64,000 nucleotides of DNA, taken from the NCBI GenBank assembly GCA_910587695.1, contig CAJUNC010000011.1, positions 8,187 to 72,186 on the forward strand. The letters are read 5' to 3'. Positions 10,121 to 19,431 of the stretch are shown in pieces. Below the pieces are notes generated by a model, which saw nothing but the letters and a program-made list of their open reading frames with translations, was not told the DNA's origin and ran no database searches. Both the position numbers and the translations under genes were made by a program. Position 1 is the stretch's first letter. Each line of letters opens with the position of its first letter. The stretch is from an uncultured Lactobacillus sp. GTDB taxonomy: Bacteria; Bacillota; Bacilli; Lactobacillales; Lactobacillaceae.

Positions 10121-11068
10121 GTGTTAAAAAAATTATTTGATTATAAAGTTGATGAAAATTTAGAATTATTTGTATTGATCAAGTCAGCTGAAACGCGGAT
10201 CGCTAAGAATGGTAAAAAGTTTATTGCTTTTAATTTTGCTGATACCTCTGGTGTGATCAGTGCTAAATTTTGGGATGCTTCAGATGATGATATCAAGCGA
10301 TTTGAGGCGGGCAAAGTAGTTTGTTTGAAAGGCAAACGTGAAAATTATCAAAATAATCCCCAGATCAAGATCTTCAAGCTCCGGTTAGCTAATGCTGAAG
10401 AGCCAAATGATCCAGCACTTTATCTTCAAGCAGCACCAGAAAAGACACTTGTGATGGAAGAAGAACTGAATCAATATGTTTTTGAGATCGTTAATCCAAC
10501 GTGGAATCGGATCGTGCGTTATTTACTCAAAGAATACCATGATGAGTTCTTTAAATTTCCGGCTGCTAAATCCAACCATCATGCCTATGCGGGTGGCTTA
10601 GCATTCCATACATTATCGATCTTACGCTTGGCTAGATCGGTAACGGAACAATATGAAGAAGTTGATAAAGCATTACTTTATGCGGGAACTATTTTACATG
10701 ACCTAGGTAAGGTTTTAGAGTTGTCAGGGCCTGTAGCAACGACTTATACGCTAGCTGGCAATTTGATCGGGCATATCGTTTTGGTCGATGAAGAGATCGT
10801 TAAAGCTTGCGCAGTGTTAAAGATCGAGCTTGAAAGTGAAGATGCGATCTTATTGCGACACATGATCTTAGCACACCATGGATTATTGGAGTATGGTTCT
10901 CCAGTGCAACCACATTTGTTAGAGGCTGACATTTTACATCAATTAGATAATCTTGATGCTTCGATCCAAATGCTAAAGAAAAGTTTAGATCATACCGAGC
11001 CAGGAAATTTTTCAGAGCGTATTTTTGGGATGGATGGACGCAATTTCTATCAGCCTAAACAAAAATAG
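10121..11068 (+). CDS. yhaM: 3'-5' exoribonuclease YhaM (OB-fold plus HD domain)
   Basis: N-terminal OB-fold followed by HD-domain residues (HHAYAGGLAFH, ILHDLGK, LAHHG). Confidence 0.85.
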   Translation: MLKKLFDYKVDENLELFVLIKSAETRIAKNGKKFIAFNFADTSGVISAKFWDASDDDIKRFEAGKVVCLKGKRENYQNNPQIKIFKLRLANAEEPNDPALYLQAAPEKTLVMEEELNQYVFEIVNPTWNRIVRYLLKEYHDEFFKFPAAKSNHHAYAGGLAFHTLSILRLARSVTEQYEEVDKALLYAGTILHDLGKVLELSGPVATTYTLAGNLIGHIVLVDEEIVKACAVLKIELESEDAILLRHMILAHHGLLEYGSPVQPHLLEADILHQLDNLDASIQMLKKSLDHTEPGNFSERIFGMDGRNFYQPKQK

Positions 11069-11099
11069 TTGCCTTATAGTTCACTTTAAGGTTTATAGT
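11069..11099 (+). promoter_or_regulatory. MerR-type promoter with a 19-nt spacer (TTGCCT-19-TATAGT)
   Basis: TTGCCT at 11069-11074, a 19-nt spacer containing a CCTTA...TAAGG dyad, and TATAGT at 11094-11099. It lies just upstream of the tandem MerR genes. Confidence 0.4.
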
Positions 11100-11133
11100 T
11101 ACGATGAGAACTATAGATCAGGAAGTGAATTTT

Positions 11134-11508
11134 ATGTTGATCACACAAGTTGCTAGAAAGTATGGTTTAACTACAGATCAGATCAGACATTGGGAGCAAG
11201 CTGGTCTGTTGCCCCCCGTCAAACGAGATGAACAGGGCATAAAGCACTATGATCAAAGTGCCCAGTTATGGATCGAGTATGTAGATATGGCTTTAAATGC
11301 ACATATGACAAAGGAGTTTTTACAAGAATATGTTAAATTGGCTCAACTCGGTAAAGCTGCTAAGCCAGCACGAAAGCAATTTTTGGAAAGTTCATTAGCT
11401 AAAATAACAGCTAGTTGTCGTGAGCTTGCTAAAAAAGCAAAGTTCTTAGAGCAAACTTTACAACAAACAGAGGGGGACAGAGATGATGAATATCGCACAG
11501 GTCAGTGA
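11134..11508 (+). CDS. MerR-family transcriptional regulator
   Basis: N-terminal MerR HTH (ITQVARKYGLTTDQIRHWEQAGLLPPVKRDEQG.KHY). The ATG at 11134 is preferred because the predicted TSS lies downstream of 11104. Confidence 0.75.
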   Translation: MLITQVARKYGLTTDQIRHWEQAGLLPPVKRDEQGIKHYDQSAQLWIEYVDMALNAHMTKEFLQEYVKLAQLGKAAKPARKQFLESSLAKITASCRELAKKAKFLEQTLQQTEGDRDDEYRTGQ

Positions 11509-11887
11509 AAAATTTGATATTACCAAAGAGACTTTGCGCTATTGGGAAAGATTGAGATTACTACCTGAGATCCCACGTAATGAGAGTGGTTATCGTGACT
11601 ATGGAGAGTATGAATTGAATTGGGTATTCTTTATTTTGGTCATGCGCAAAGCTGGAGTATCGATCGAAGCACTAGTTGAATTTGTTGAGCTATATCGCTT
11701 AAAAACTGATACGCGAGCTGCCCAAAAACAATTACTTGTCGAACAACGTGATAAATTGGAACAACAAAAGCGCGAGATCGAAAAAACTTTGAATTATTTA
11801 AATTACAAGTTAGATAATTTTGAAAGTCATGTGTTAAACTATGAAATTGAAAAATTACATTACAAAATAGATAAGAAAGATCAATGA
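11483..11887 (+). CDS. MerR-family transcriptional regulator (paralogue, overlaps the previous gene by 26 nt)
   Basis: MerR HTH (IAQVSEKFDITKETLRYWERLRLLPEIPRNESGYRDY) with a coiled-coil C-terminus. Confidence 0.75.
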   Translation: MMNIAQVSEKFDITKETLRYWERLRLLPEIPRNESGYRDYGEYELNWVFFILVMRKAGVSIEALVEFVELYRLKTDTRAAQKQLLVEQRDKLEQQKREIEKTLNYLNYKLDNFESHVLNYEIEKLHYKIDKKDQ

Positions 11888-11893
11888 GGTCAT

Positions 11894-12493
11894 ATGGCAA
11901 AAAAACATTTTTATGCAATAAAAAACACGGGTAAAATTTATCGCTCTTGGGCAAAATGCCAAACAGCACTTAAAAAAGTCAAAGCACCTGTATTCAAGGG
12001 CTTTGCCACTGAAGCGGAAGCCAAGGCATTTTTAGCGGGGCAAAGTCCAACTGAAAGTTTACCAAATGAAAGTATTTTTGTCGATGGTAGTTTTAATGCG
12101 GATAAGGCGATCGTAGGGGGCGCTTTTGTACTAGTAAAAGATGATAAAAGTGTTCATGAACAAATGATCCGAGATGATAAGCATACTGAGATCTTGCGTT
12201 TACGCAATGTCGGAGGCGAATTGTTAGCTACGATCTATGCATTAAAGTATGCATTATCGCTTGGAATGAAAGAAGTTACGATCTGTCATGATTACCAAGG
12301 GATCGCTAGCTGGGCAGATGGTTCTTGGCAAGCCAAACAAGATATTACTAAACGTTATGCTACATTTGTTAAGCAAGTTATCACAAAAGATGGATTGCAG
12401 GTCCATTTTCAAAAGATCTCAGCTCATACTGGAGTAAAATTCAACGAACGGGCTGATCAACTAGCTAAACAAGCTGCAGGGATAGCTGTTTGA
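11894..12493 (+). CDS. Type 1 RNase H with N-terminal hybrid-binding (caulimovirus VI-like) domain
   Basis: The N-terminus FYAIKNTGKIYRSWAKCQ...GFATEAEAKAFL matches the HBD pattern. Candidate catalytic residues are in VDGSF, GGELLA, HDYQG and NERADQLAK. Confidence 0.8.
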   Translation: MAKKHFYAIKNTGKIYRSWAKCQTALKKVKAPVFKGFATEAEAKAFLAGQSPTESLPNESIFVDGSFNADKAIVGGAFVLVKDDKSVHEQMIRDDKHTEILRLRNVGGELLATIYALKYALSLGMKEVTICHDYQGIASWADGSWQAKQDITKRYATFVKQVITKDGLQVHFQKISAHTGVKFNERADQLAKQAAGIAV

Positions 12494-12498
12494 GCGCA

Positions 12499-12527
12499 AA
12501 AGAAGCTATATCAGGCTTCTTTTTTTA
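12499..12527 (+). terminator. Rho-independent terminator (plus-strand unit)
   Basis: agaagc...gcttct stem followed by a T-run. Confidence 0.5.
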
Positions 12528-12531
12528 TACT

Positions 12532-12560
12532 AAAAAAGCTACCTACATTTCGTAGGTAGC
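12532..12560 (-). terminator. Rho-independent terminator of prsA
   Basis: gctacctac / gtaggtagc stem. The A-run on the plus strand is a T-run on the minus strand. Confidence 0.55.
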
Positions 12561-12575
12561 CGTGAAAATAAAAAC

Positions 12576-13472
12576 CTATTTTGAGCTTGAGCTAGATGAA
12601 GAAGAAATGTAATCGGATAAGACATCTTTCAAGTCACTGTCTTTGATGTTTACATTACCTTCTTTGAATTCTTTAGCAATGATCTTTTGTAATGCAGTTG
12701 AATCATTTAGTTTTTCATCAATGATTTGATCTTTCAATTCTTTTGTATGGTCAGCCATTTTGCCTTTACCAGGGTTCTTGATACTATAGATGACATGGTA
12801 ACCATAGCTTGTCTTAACAGGTTCTTGTGAGAATTCACCTTGTTTCAAAGCAAATGCAGCTTTCTTGAAGTCACTGTCAAGAGAAGTATCCATGTTATTG
12901 AATGAAGGTAACTTACCACCATCATTCTTAGTAGATTCATCGATCGATTTTTCTTTAGCTAACTTCTTGAAGTTGTCCCAAGAGCCATCTTTTTTCAATT
13001 CTTCAATGATCGCATCAGCGTCTTCTTTCTTAGATACTAAGATCTGTGCGACTGTGATCGTTGGTTCATAGCTCTTCCATTGTTTCTTTAAGTCGGCATT
13101 AGTGATCTTAGTATTAGCGATCACAGCTTGACGTAGCAGTAAGTTAGAACGAATGCTCTTCTTAAATGCTGAAGCTGTCATACCATTTTGCGCTAAAACA
13201 GTTGAGAAAGAAGAACCATATTGTTTTTTATACTTATTGTATTCTTTGTTAACGGCTTTATCAGTGACTTTATCACCATACTTGCCTTCTAAGATCTTAT
13301 CTAAGATCATTTGTTGTAAGACTTGCTTACCTGAAGTAGTCTTTTTCATGCTGTCGTAGTATTGGCTTTCGGTGATCTTACCACCTGATGTTGTTGCAAC
13401 TGTCTTAGATGAACAAGCTGCTAAGGTGAAAGTCAACAAGACGCCGGCTAAAGCGGCAAACCATTTTTTCAT
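12576..13472 (-). CDS. prsA: Foldase lipoprotein PrsA (parvulin-type PPIase)
   Basis: Signal peptide and lipobox [22 protein letters not shown], with the parvulin core (GYHVIY). The start is set at the ATG at 13472. The protein ends in a poly-Ser tail. Confidence 0.88.
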   Translation of the reverse strand: MKKWFAALAGVLLTFTLAACSSKTVATTSGGKITESQYYDSMKKTTSGKQVLQQMILDKILEGKYGDKVTDKAVNKEYNKYKKQYGSSFSTVLAQNGMTASAFKKSIRSNLLLRQAVIANTKITNADLKKQWKSYEPTITVAQILVSKKEDADAIIEELKKDGSWDNFKKLAKEKSIDESTKNDGGKLPSFNNMDTSLDSDFKKAAFALKQGEFSQEPVKTSYGYHVIYSIKNPGKGKMADHTKELKDQIIDEKLNDSTALQKIIAKEFKEGNVNIKDSDLKDVLSDYISSSSSSSSK

Positions 13473-13553
13473 TATGTTACACATCCAATCGTGAAATTTA
13501 ATAATTCTAATATAACACAAGTCACACCTAAATTATCAATGTTTTAATAATTT

Positions 13554-13868
13554 TTAAGAAAATCTATTATTTTGCTGAGGCAATTTAGCTTGGATCTCTT
13601 TGGCTAAGGGTTCTACTTGGTCACGGTAGTTTTTTATCTCTTGGTTCAAACTGTTGATCACAGGCTCAGAAGCTTTTAGTTCTGCTGAAAATTTAGCTGC
13701 ATTTTCTTTGACTTTTTCGACTTTAGCAAGATAATCCGTTGTTTGCTCTACAGTTTGATCAAAATCGATCATTTTTTTGGTGAGATATTTTAAGATCTCA
13801 TCACGCTTACTATAAGCATAGGCACCAAGAGCGCCAGTAATGGTCAAAGTCCACAAAAATTTTTTCAT
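13554..13868 (-). CDS. YhaH/YtxH-like small membrane-anchored protein
   Basis: N-terminal TM helix plus a helical K/E-rich tail. Its position between hit and prsA matches Bacillus yhaH. Confidence 0.5.
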   Translation of the reverse strand: MKKFLWTLTITGALGAYAYSKRDEILKYLTKKMIDFDQTVEQTTDYLAKVEKVKENAAKFSAELKASEPVINSLNQEIKNYRDQVEPLAKEIQAKLPQQNNRFS

Positions 13869-13873
13869 TTTTT

Positions 13874-14302
13874 TCAGTCCTTTATCTGCTCTGCGATCTT
13901 ATTTGCGATCGCTTGTAATTTTTCTGGTGTGTAGTCAGCAGAATTATCGGCAAAGGTCATTTCAAATCCATCTTCATTGCTGTAACGTGGTAAGAGATGG
14001 ATATGTGAATGAAAGACCGTTTGATAAGCGACTTCACCGTTGTTATTGACGATGTTTAGTCCCTTGATCGTTGGGTCGGATGCTTTGACTGCACGCGCGA
14101 TCTTAGGTAAGCGACTAAAAACATCACTGGCTAATCGTTCATCGTATTCAAAGAGATCAGCGACGTGCTTTTTAGGCACTACCAATGTGTGACCTGGAGT
14201 TGCTTGTGAGATATCTAAAAAGGCTTTGACTTTATCGTCTTCATAGACGGTCACACTTGGGATCTCCCCGGTGATGATTTTGCAAAAGATACAGTCTGTC
14301 AT
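13874..14302 (-). CDS. hit: HIT-family (histidine triad) nucleotide hydrolase
   Basis: CIFCKII start and the triad HSHIHLLP. ATG at 14302. It is divergent from ecsA, as in Bacillus. Confidence 0.88.
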   Translation of the reverse strand: MTDCIFCKIITGEIPSVTVYEDDKVKAFLDISQATPGHTLVVPKKHVADLFEYDERLASDVFSRLPKIARAVKASDPTIKGLNIVNNNGEVAYQTVFHSHIHLLPRYSNEDGFEMTFADNSADYTPEKLQAIANKIAEQIKD

Positions 14303-14425
14303 ATAAAAACCTTCTTTCAAAAATTTTAAATCTGCTTTTAGTATACACTATCTGAGCCTAATTGTTGTAAACTAAATGTTAAAAGGAAATAATAAAGAAA
14401 GATCATATTGGGAAAAAACACATAA

Positions 14426-14671
14426 ATGCAAAGCGGTATAATGTATAATGATTTGGATCTTGAGTTGATGCAAGCACGCCAAAAGACCATGGCCTTGACC
14501 ACTGCGTATGATCAAAGTTACTCTCAAGATCAAGTAAAACTTTAGGCACGATCGGGTAGTGAGGTCACACATGATATTTTCGCTAATGTGATCGCATATG
14601 AAGCTCCTTGCCTGCGTGCACGTAAGATCACAGCAGCTGATAAAATAGGCTATGATCTCGCCAAAATTTAG
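14426..14671 (+). pseudogene. Remnant of a maltose/galactoside O-acetyltransferase (Maa/LacA-type) gene
   Basis: 14426-14545 encodes MQSGIMYNDLDLELMQARQKTMALTTAYDQSYSQDQVKL*, which matches the Mac N-terminal domain pattern (sGelY..D.eL...R......YN). A frame ending at 14671 reads ...PCLRARKITAADK..., like the C-terminal NPxRVIRKI motif. The hexapeptide-repeat core between them is missing. Confidence 0.5.
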
Positions 14672-14689
14672 ATAAAGTAGGTAATTTAG

Positions 14690-15430
14690 ATGACATTAGA
14701 AGTTGAAAAATTAGTCGGTGGTTATTCACGTGTTCCAGTTCTAAAAGATGTTTCATTCAAGGTCAAAGCCGGTGAATTAGTCGGTTTGATCGGCTTGAAC
14801 GGGGCTGGTAAATCTACGACCATCAAGCATATCATTGGATTGTTGCGACCACAGAAGGGAAAGATAACTTTAGATGGCGTGACACTAAAAACAGATCCTA
14901 AAACATACAAGCAAAAAATGGCTTATATTCCTGAGACACCGATCTTATATGAAGAATTGACTTTACGTGAGCATATCGAGTTAACGATCATGGCTTATGG
15001 ATTAGAAGCTAAAAGTGCTTGGCAACGCGCCAAAAAATTACTTGCGCTCTTTAGATTAGAAAATAAATTGGATTGGTTTCCAGCTAATTTCTCCAAGGGA
15101 ATGAAACAAAAGGTGATGATCGTTTGTGCCTTTATGACTGAGGCTAAACTTTATATCATCGACGAACCATTTTTGGGGCTTGATCCTTTAGCGACCCAAG
15201 ATCTCTTGGACTTGATCGATCAAAAAAAGCAAGCTGGAGCAGCCGTTTTGATGTCGACGCATGTTTTGAGCACAGCTCAGGAATACTGTGACCGTTTTGT
15301 AATGATCGACCAAGGGCAAGTAACTGCTAAGGGTGATCTAGCAAGTCTGCGGACACAGTTTGGTGATGAGACAGCTTCTTTAATGACGATCTATCTAAAG
15401 CTCACAGGGGCAGGTGAAAAGCATGCTTGA
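14690..15430 (+). CDS. ecsA: ABC transporter ATP-binding protein EcsA
   Basis: Walker A GLNGAGKST, signature FSKGMKQK, Walker B LYIIDEP. hit-ecsA-ecsB synteny. Confidence 0.82.
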   Translation: MTLEVEKLVGGYSRVPVLKDVSFKVKAGELVGLIGLNGAGKSTTIKHIIGLLRPQKGKITLDGVTLKTDPKTYKQKMAYIPETPILYEELTLREHIELTIMAYGLEAKSAWQRAKKLLALFRLENKLDWFPANFSKGMKQKVMIVCAFMTEAKLYIIDEPFLGLDPLATQDLLDLIDQKKQAGAAVLMSTHVLSTAQEYCDRFVMIDQGQVTAKGDLASLRTQFGDETASLMTIYLKLTGAGEKHA

Positions 15431-16637
15431 TCTGTGGAAAATGCGCCAAAAAACTCATCAAAAGCAGATGTTTAAGTATTTACGCTATGTATTAAATGAC
15501 CACTTCATCTTAGCGTTACTTTTCATCTTAGGTGGCTTGGCTTTGAGCTATTCAAATTATATCAAAGCCCTTCCGACCCAAGAAGAGATCTGGTATGCTA
15601 AACCGTTGGTGTTACTTATTTTAGTCATAAGCTTACAAGTTGGACGGCTGGCAACGTTGTTAAAATCAGCTGATATCGTATTTATTTCACCTCGACAAGC
15701 TGAAATGGGACAATATTTACAAAAAGCTTTACAGACATCGTTAGTTTTTGCTTGGATTTTTGATACGTTAGTGATGTTGGCTTTGATGCCATTCTTGCTT
15801 GTTGCGGCTAAATTGACAGTGGTCCAGCTCATCTTTTTATGGCTGTTACTATTAGTATTGAAATATTTACAACTAGATCGGCAACTATTAGGACTTTATC
15901 AAGCTCAATTTGCTAGTAGACGATGGAAATGGTCCTTAGATGTTGGCTTTTGTGGTCTTTTATTAGGAGTAAGTCTTTATTTAGATCCATTATATCTGTT
16001 ATTAGTGGCCGCGATTTTGACGGGTTATGTTGATAAGTCAAAAAAAGCCCTTACAACACAAGCTGTATTTAACTGGGAAGCGGCTATTCGGATCGAAAAT
16101 GCAAGAATGTTGCAGTTATATCGTTTCTTTGCGCTCTTTACCGATGTGCCTAATTTGCAAGTCGCGGCCAAACGGCGTCGCTATTTGGATCATCTGTTAC
16201 CACGAGCTAAGCCTGACGGAAGTTTTACTTACCTTTATTGGCGGGCCTTGGTACGTAATGGCGAAACAAGTGGCTTAGTATTACGGTTAACGGTGTTGGG
16301 TGCTGTTATCTTGTATTTCATCACTGAACCGTGGTTAGCCTTAGCTTTAGCAGTATTATTTATCTATTTACTTGGATTTCAATTGTTTTCTTTGTATCAT
16401 CACTATGATGAAGTAGTTTTTATGCATATCTATCCATTGGATCTAGAGGATAAACAAAAAGCATTTCAAAAAATGTTAGAGCAGTTGTTGTTTGCGATCG
16501 CGGTGATCTTTACTTTAGTTAGCTGGATACAGTTACAAAATAGTTTATTTAGTCTCGAATTTTTAGGTGTTTTAGTGCTTGTGATCGTATTATTGACTCG
16601 GCCTTATCTTAAGGGACGCTTAGCAAAAAGAGCTTGA
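15423..16637 (+). CDS. ecsB: ABC transporter permease EcsB
   Basis: Polytopic membrane protein following ecsA. The ATG at 15423 overlaps the ecsA stop by 8 nt. Confidence 0.7.
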   Translation: MLDLWKMRQKTHQKQMFKYLRYVLNDHFILALLFILGGLALSYSNYIKALPTQEEIWYAKPLVLLILVISLQVGRLATLLKSADIVFISPRQAEMGQYLQKALQTSLVFAWIFDTLVMLALMPFLLVAAKLTVVQLIFLWLLLLVLKYLQLDRQLLGLYQAQFASRRWKWSLDVGFCGLLLGVSLYLDPLYLLLVAAILTGYVDKSKKALTTQAVFNWEAAIRIENARMLQLYRFFALFTDVPNLQVAAKRRRYLDHLLPRAKPDGSFTYLYWRALVRNGETSGLVLRLTVLGAVILYFITEPWLALALAVLFIYLLGFQLFSLYHHYDEVVFMHIYPLDLEDKQKAFQKMLEQLLFAIAVIFTLVSWIQLQNSLFSLEFLGVLVLVIVLLTRPYLKGRLAKRA

Positions 16638-16700
16638 CACTGAGCCTAGTTCTTTGTAGACTTATTTTAGTTATCGATATTTTCAAAAGGAGAGCCCCAG

Positions 16701-17495
16701 ATGGATTTCAATTTGGAACATGGCTGGGAGATCTTACCGATCGATGGCGACACTGGCACTGCTTATATGGCGGTGAATAACGATGAACGCATCTTTATCA
16801 AGCGTAACACTTCGCCGTTTTTGGCGGCTCTTTCATTAGAAGAGATCGTTCCTCGCTTGATCTGGTCAAAGCGGACGGTCTCAGGTGATACTTTGACTGC
16901 TCAAGAGTGGTTGAATGGTCGTTCGCTAAAACGTGAAGAGATGTGTTCGCTCCAAGTCTCGGAATTATTAGCTCGGATGCATGGTTCTAAACTCTTAAAA
17001 AAGATGCTGTTACGGGTCGGAGGCAAGACGTACACGCCTGCTGATCTGTTAGCACAGTATTTTAATGGTTTGAGTTCTGAATTACGCGAGCATCCACTAT
17101 TATCCGAAGCAGCGTCGCGATTGAAGGCAAACCAGCCGCAACTTGAACGCTCGAATTACGAAGTATGTCATGGCGATTTAAATCATAAAAACTGGCTCTT
17201 ATCTGAGACAGGACAGCTATATCTAGTAGATTGGGAAGCCGTTAAGTTGGCTGATCCAGCTTTAGACCTTAGCATGTTAATGTGTCAATATGTCCCACGC
17301 AAAGACTGGAAGCAATGGTTGACGCGGTATGCAAAAAAAGAACCGTCACCAGATATGATGAAACGCATTTATTGGTATGCGGTCATGAATCTTTTGTTGG
17401 TTATCAAACACAACTACCAGCGTGGTCATTTCCATGAAATGAACCAAGACATTATCAAGCTTAATCAAGTAATCAAGAAGCAAAATCATATTTAA
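16701..17495 (+). CDS. YtmP-like phosphotransferase (APH/choline-kinase fold)
   Basis: Kinase-like catalytic segment VCHGDLNHKNWL and LVDWE. It sits upstream of trmB, as Bacillus ytmP does. Confidence 0.7.
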   Translation: MDFNLEHGWEILPIDGDTGTAYMAVNNDERIFIKRNTSPFLAALSLEEIVPRLIWSKRTVSGDTLTAQEWLNGRSLKREEMCSLQVSELLARMHGSKLLKKMLLRVGGKTYTPADLLAQYFNGLSSELREHPLLSEAASRLKANQPQLERSNYEVCHGDLNHKNWLLSETGQLYLVDWEAVKLADPALDLSMLMCQYVPRKDWKQWLTRYAKKEPSPDMMKRIYWYAVMNLLLVIKHNYQRGHFHEMNQDIIKLNQVIKKQNHI

Positions 17496-17502
17496 AATTG
17501 AT

Positions 17503-17540
17503 GGGGATAAAAGGCATCAAAAACCTTTTGTCCCTTATTT
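17503..17540 (+). terminator. Rho-independent terminator
   Basis: 11-bp stem gggataaaagg / ccttttgtccc followed by a T-rich tail. Confidence 0.5.
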
Positions 17541-17592
17541 AGTGAATTTTAGTTGAAAGGAAGTCTATGTATTAACTACATAGCAATTTATC

Positions 17593-18237
17593 ATGCGTTT
17601 ACGAAATAAAGCTTGGGCTAAGCCCTTGATCCAAGAAAACCCACAATATGTCGTAACTGATCCGGCAGCTTTACGTGGTAAATGGCAAAGTCGTTTTGAA
17701 AAAGAACGACCACTATATATCGAGATCGGGATGGGGAAGGGTCGTTTTATCGTTGAGATGGCCAAGAAATATCCTGAGCGTAATTTTATCGGTCTTGAAA
17801 TGCAAACAGTTGCTACAGGGATCGCTTTGAAAAAACAGATCGAGGCCAAATTGCCTAATCTTCAGTTAGTATGTGCTAACGGAAGTGGTTTGACTGAATT
17901 CTTTGAACCAAATGAAGTTAGTGGGATCTATTTGAATTTTTCTGATCCTTGGCCTAAGAACCGTAATGAAAAACGGCGCTTGACCTATAAGAGTTTTTTG
18001 GCTCAATATGAAGAAGTTATGCGAGCTGATGGTCATCTTGAATTCAAGACTGATAACCGTGGCTTGTTCGAATATTCACTTACGAGTCTGAACAATTATG
18101 GGATGGTATTTGATCAGGTGTGGCTAGATCTTCACCAGACACCAGATGTTGAAGATAATGTGATGACTGAATATGAAGAAAAATTCAGCCAAAAAGGCCA
18201 ACCGATCTATAAACTCGAAGCTCATTTCAAAGCTTAG
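17593..18237 (+). CDS. trmB: tRNA (guanine46-N7)-methyltransferase
   Basis: MRLRNK...[10 protein letters not shown]...NFSDPWPK...FKTDN are conserved TrmB blocks. Confidence 0.9.
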   Translation: MRLRNKAWAKPLIQENPQYVVTDPAALRGKWQSRFEKERPLYIEIGMGKGRFIVEMAKKYPERNFIGLEMQTVATGIALKKQIEAKLPNLQLVCANGSGLTEFFEPNEVSGIYLNFSDPWPKNRNEKRRLTYKSFLAQYEEVMRADGHLEFKTDNRGLFEYSLTSLNNYGMVFDQVWLDLHQTPDVEDNVMTEYEEKFSQKGQPIYKLEAHFKA

Positions 18238-18313
18238 GCAAAAAAATTTTAAAAGCTAAGAGGATAAGTTATAATATACAAAAAGTAAGTAATTTATCTT
18301 GGAGGTATTTAAG

Positions 18314-18631
18314 ATGGAAAAATTAGCAAAGATGGATAAAAAAGCATTAGAAGAAAAGTTGAGCACAGGGAAATATGTATTATTCTTTACCGCTGACTGG
18401 TGCCCAGATTGCCGCTTTATCAAACCAGCAATGCCTGAGATCGAAGCAAAATTTTCACAATTTAAATTTATCTTAGTCGATCGTGATGAAAATATCGATC
18501 TTTGCCAAGAAATGATGATCATGGGGATCCCAAGTTTTGTCGTGTATGAAGATGGCAAAGAAAAAGCTCGTTTTGTAAATAAAGATCGTAAGACGAAAAA
18601 AGAAGTAGAAGACTTCTTGAACAATATCTAA
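18314..18631 (+). CDS. Thioredoxin-like protein (YtpP-like)
   Basis: WCPDC active site. ATG at 18314 behind GGAGG. Confidence 0.8.
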   Translation: MEKLAKMDKKALEEKLSTGKYVLFFTADWCPDCRFIKPAMPEIEAKFSQFKFILVDRDENIDLCQEMMIMGIPSFVVYEDGKEKARFVNKDRKTKKEVEDFLNNI

Positions 18632-18651
18632 AACAAAGGAAGTATCAAATA

Positions 18652-19293
18652 ATGTTAATTGCTAGCTATAATCCGACCCAAATGGGTGATGTATTATTGA
18701 CGATGGTGCGCCCTGAAGCAGCAGCGCAAGCAACTGAACAAAAAGGACGGATCGTTCGTATTTTTAATACCGAAAATAATGAAACTTTAGGGTTTAACTT
18801 TTTTGATGTCAGTGAGATCTTGAATGATCTAGCTGTTAAGGGTCAAGTCTTCTTGGATCAAGATCAAGTAGAAGCTTTGAATCAAGCTTTACAAACAGCT
18901 GGGTTTGAACCTGAATTGGTCTTTGATGATGAACCTAAATTTGTGGTGGGCCATGTAGCTGAATTGACAGAACATCCAGATTCAGATCATTTGCATATCG
19001 CTAAGATCGAAGTCGATAATGATCAAACGTTGCAGATCGTATGCGGTGCGCCTAATATTGAAGCTGGTCAAAATGTAGTCGTTGCTAAAGTTGGTGCGAT
19101 GATGCCAAATGGTGCGATGATCTGGCCAGGTAAATTGCGTGGCATAGATAGCTATGGGATGGTTTGTGCTGCTCGTGAGCTTGAATTGCCTAATGCTCCT
19201 AAAAAGCGCGGGATCTTAGTTCTTGATCCCGCTGAATTCGAAGCTAAGACAGCTTTTGATTTTGAAAAGGGAGCTAAGCTATTTACAGCTTAG
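18652..19293 (+). CDS. YtpR-type tRNA-binding domain protein
   Basis: The C-terminal half (HPDSDHLHIAKIEV...IVCGAPN...G..SYGM.C) is the CsaA/PheT-B2-type OB tRNA-binding domain. Confidence 0.8.
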   Translation: MLIASYNPTQMGDVLLTMVRPEAAAQATEQKGRIVRIFNTENNETLGFNFFDVSEILNDLAVKGQVFLDQDQVEALNQALQTAGFEPELVFDDEPKFVVGHVAELTEHPDSDHLHIAKIEVDNDQTLQIVCGAPNIEAGQNVVVAKVGAMMPNGAMIWPGKLRGIDSYGMVCAARELELPNAPKKRGILVLDPAEFEAKTAFDFEKGAKLFTA

Positions 19294-19304
19294 TTAGTAG
19301 ATCT

Positions 19305-19339
19305 CACCTGGGACTATGATAGGTCCTAGGTGTTTTTTT
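19305..19339 (+). terminator. Rho-independent terminator
   Basis: cacctgggac / gtcctaggtg stem followed by a T-run. Confidence 0.55.
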
Positions 19340-19431
19340 ACATAAAGTTTTATAAAAGTGGTAAAAAACCTTTTTTCTATTTTGAATAATTACTATAATA
19401 AATTTAGAAGTAAATTAGACAGACAGTTAGG

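Noticed and set aside
12576-12605. Poly-serine tail of PrsA as a possible slippage-prone simple sequence repeat
   Set aside because: The Ser run uses mixed codons (tct/tca/agc), so the DNA is not a homopolymeric or short tandem repeat. It is probably just a flexible tail.
14372-14572. 66-aa minus-strand ORF in the hit-ecsA spacer
   Set aside because: It has no RBS. The plus strand of the same region carries recognisable acetyltransferase remnants.
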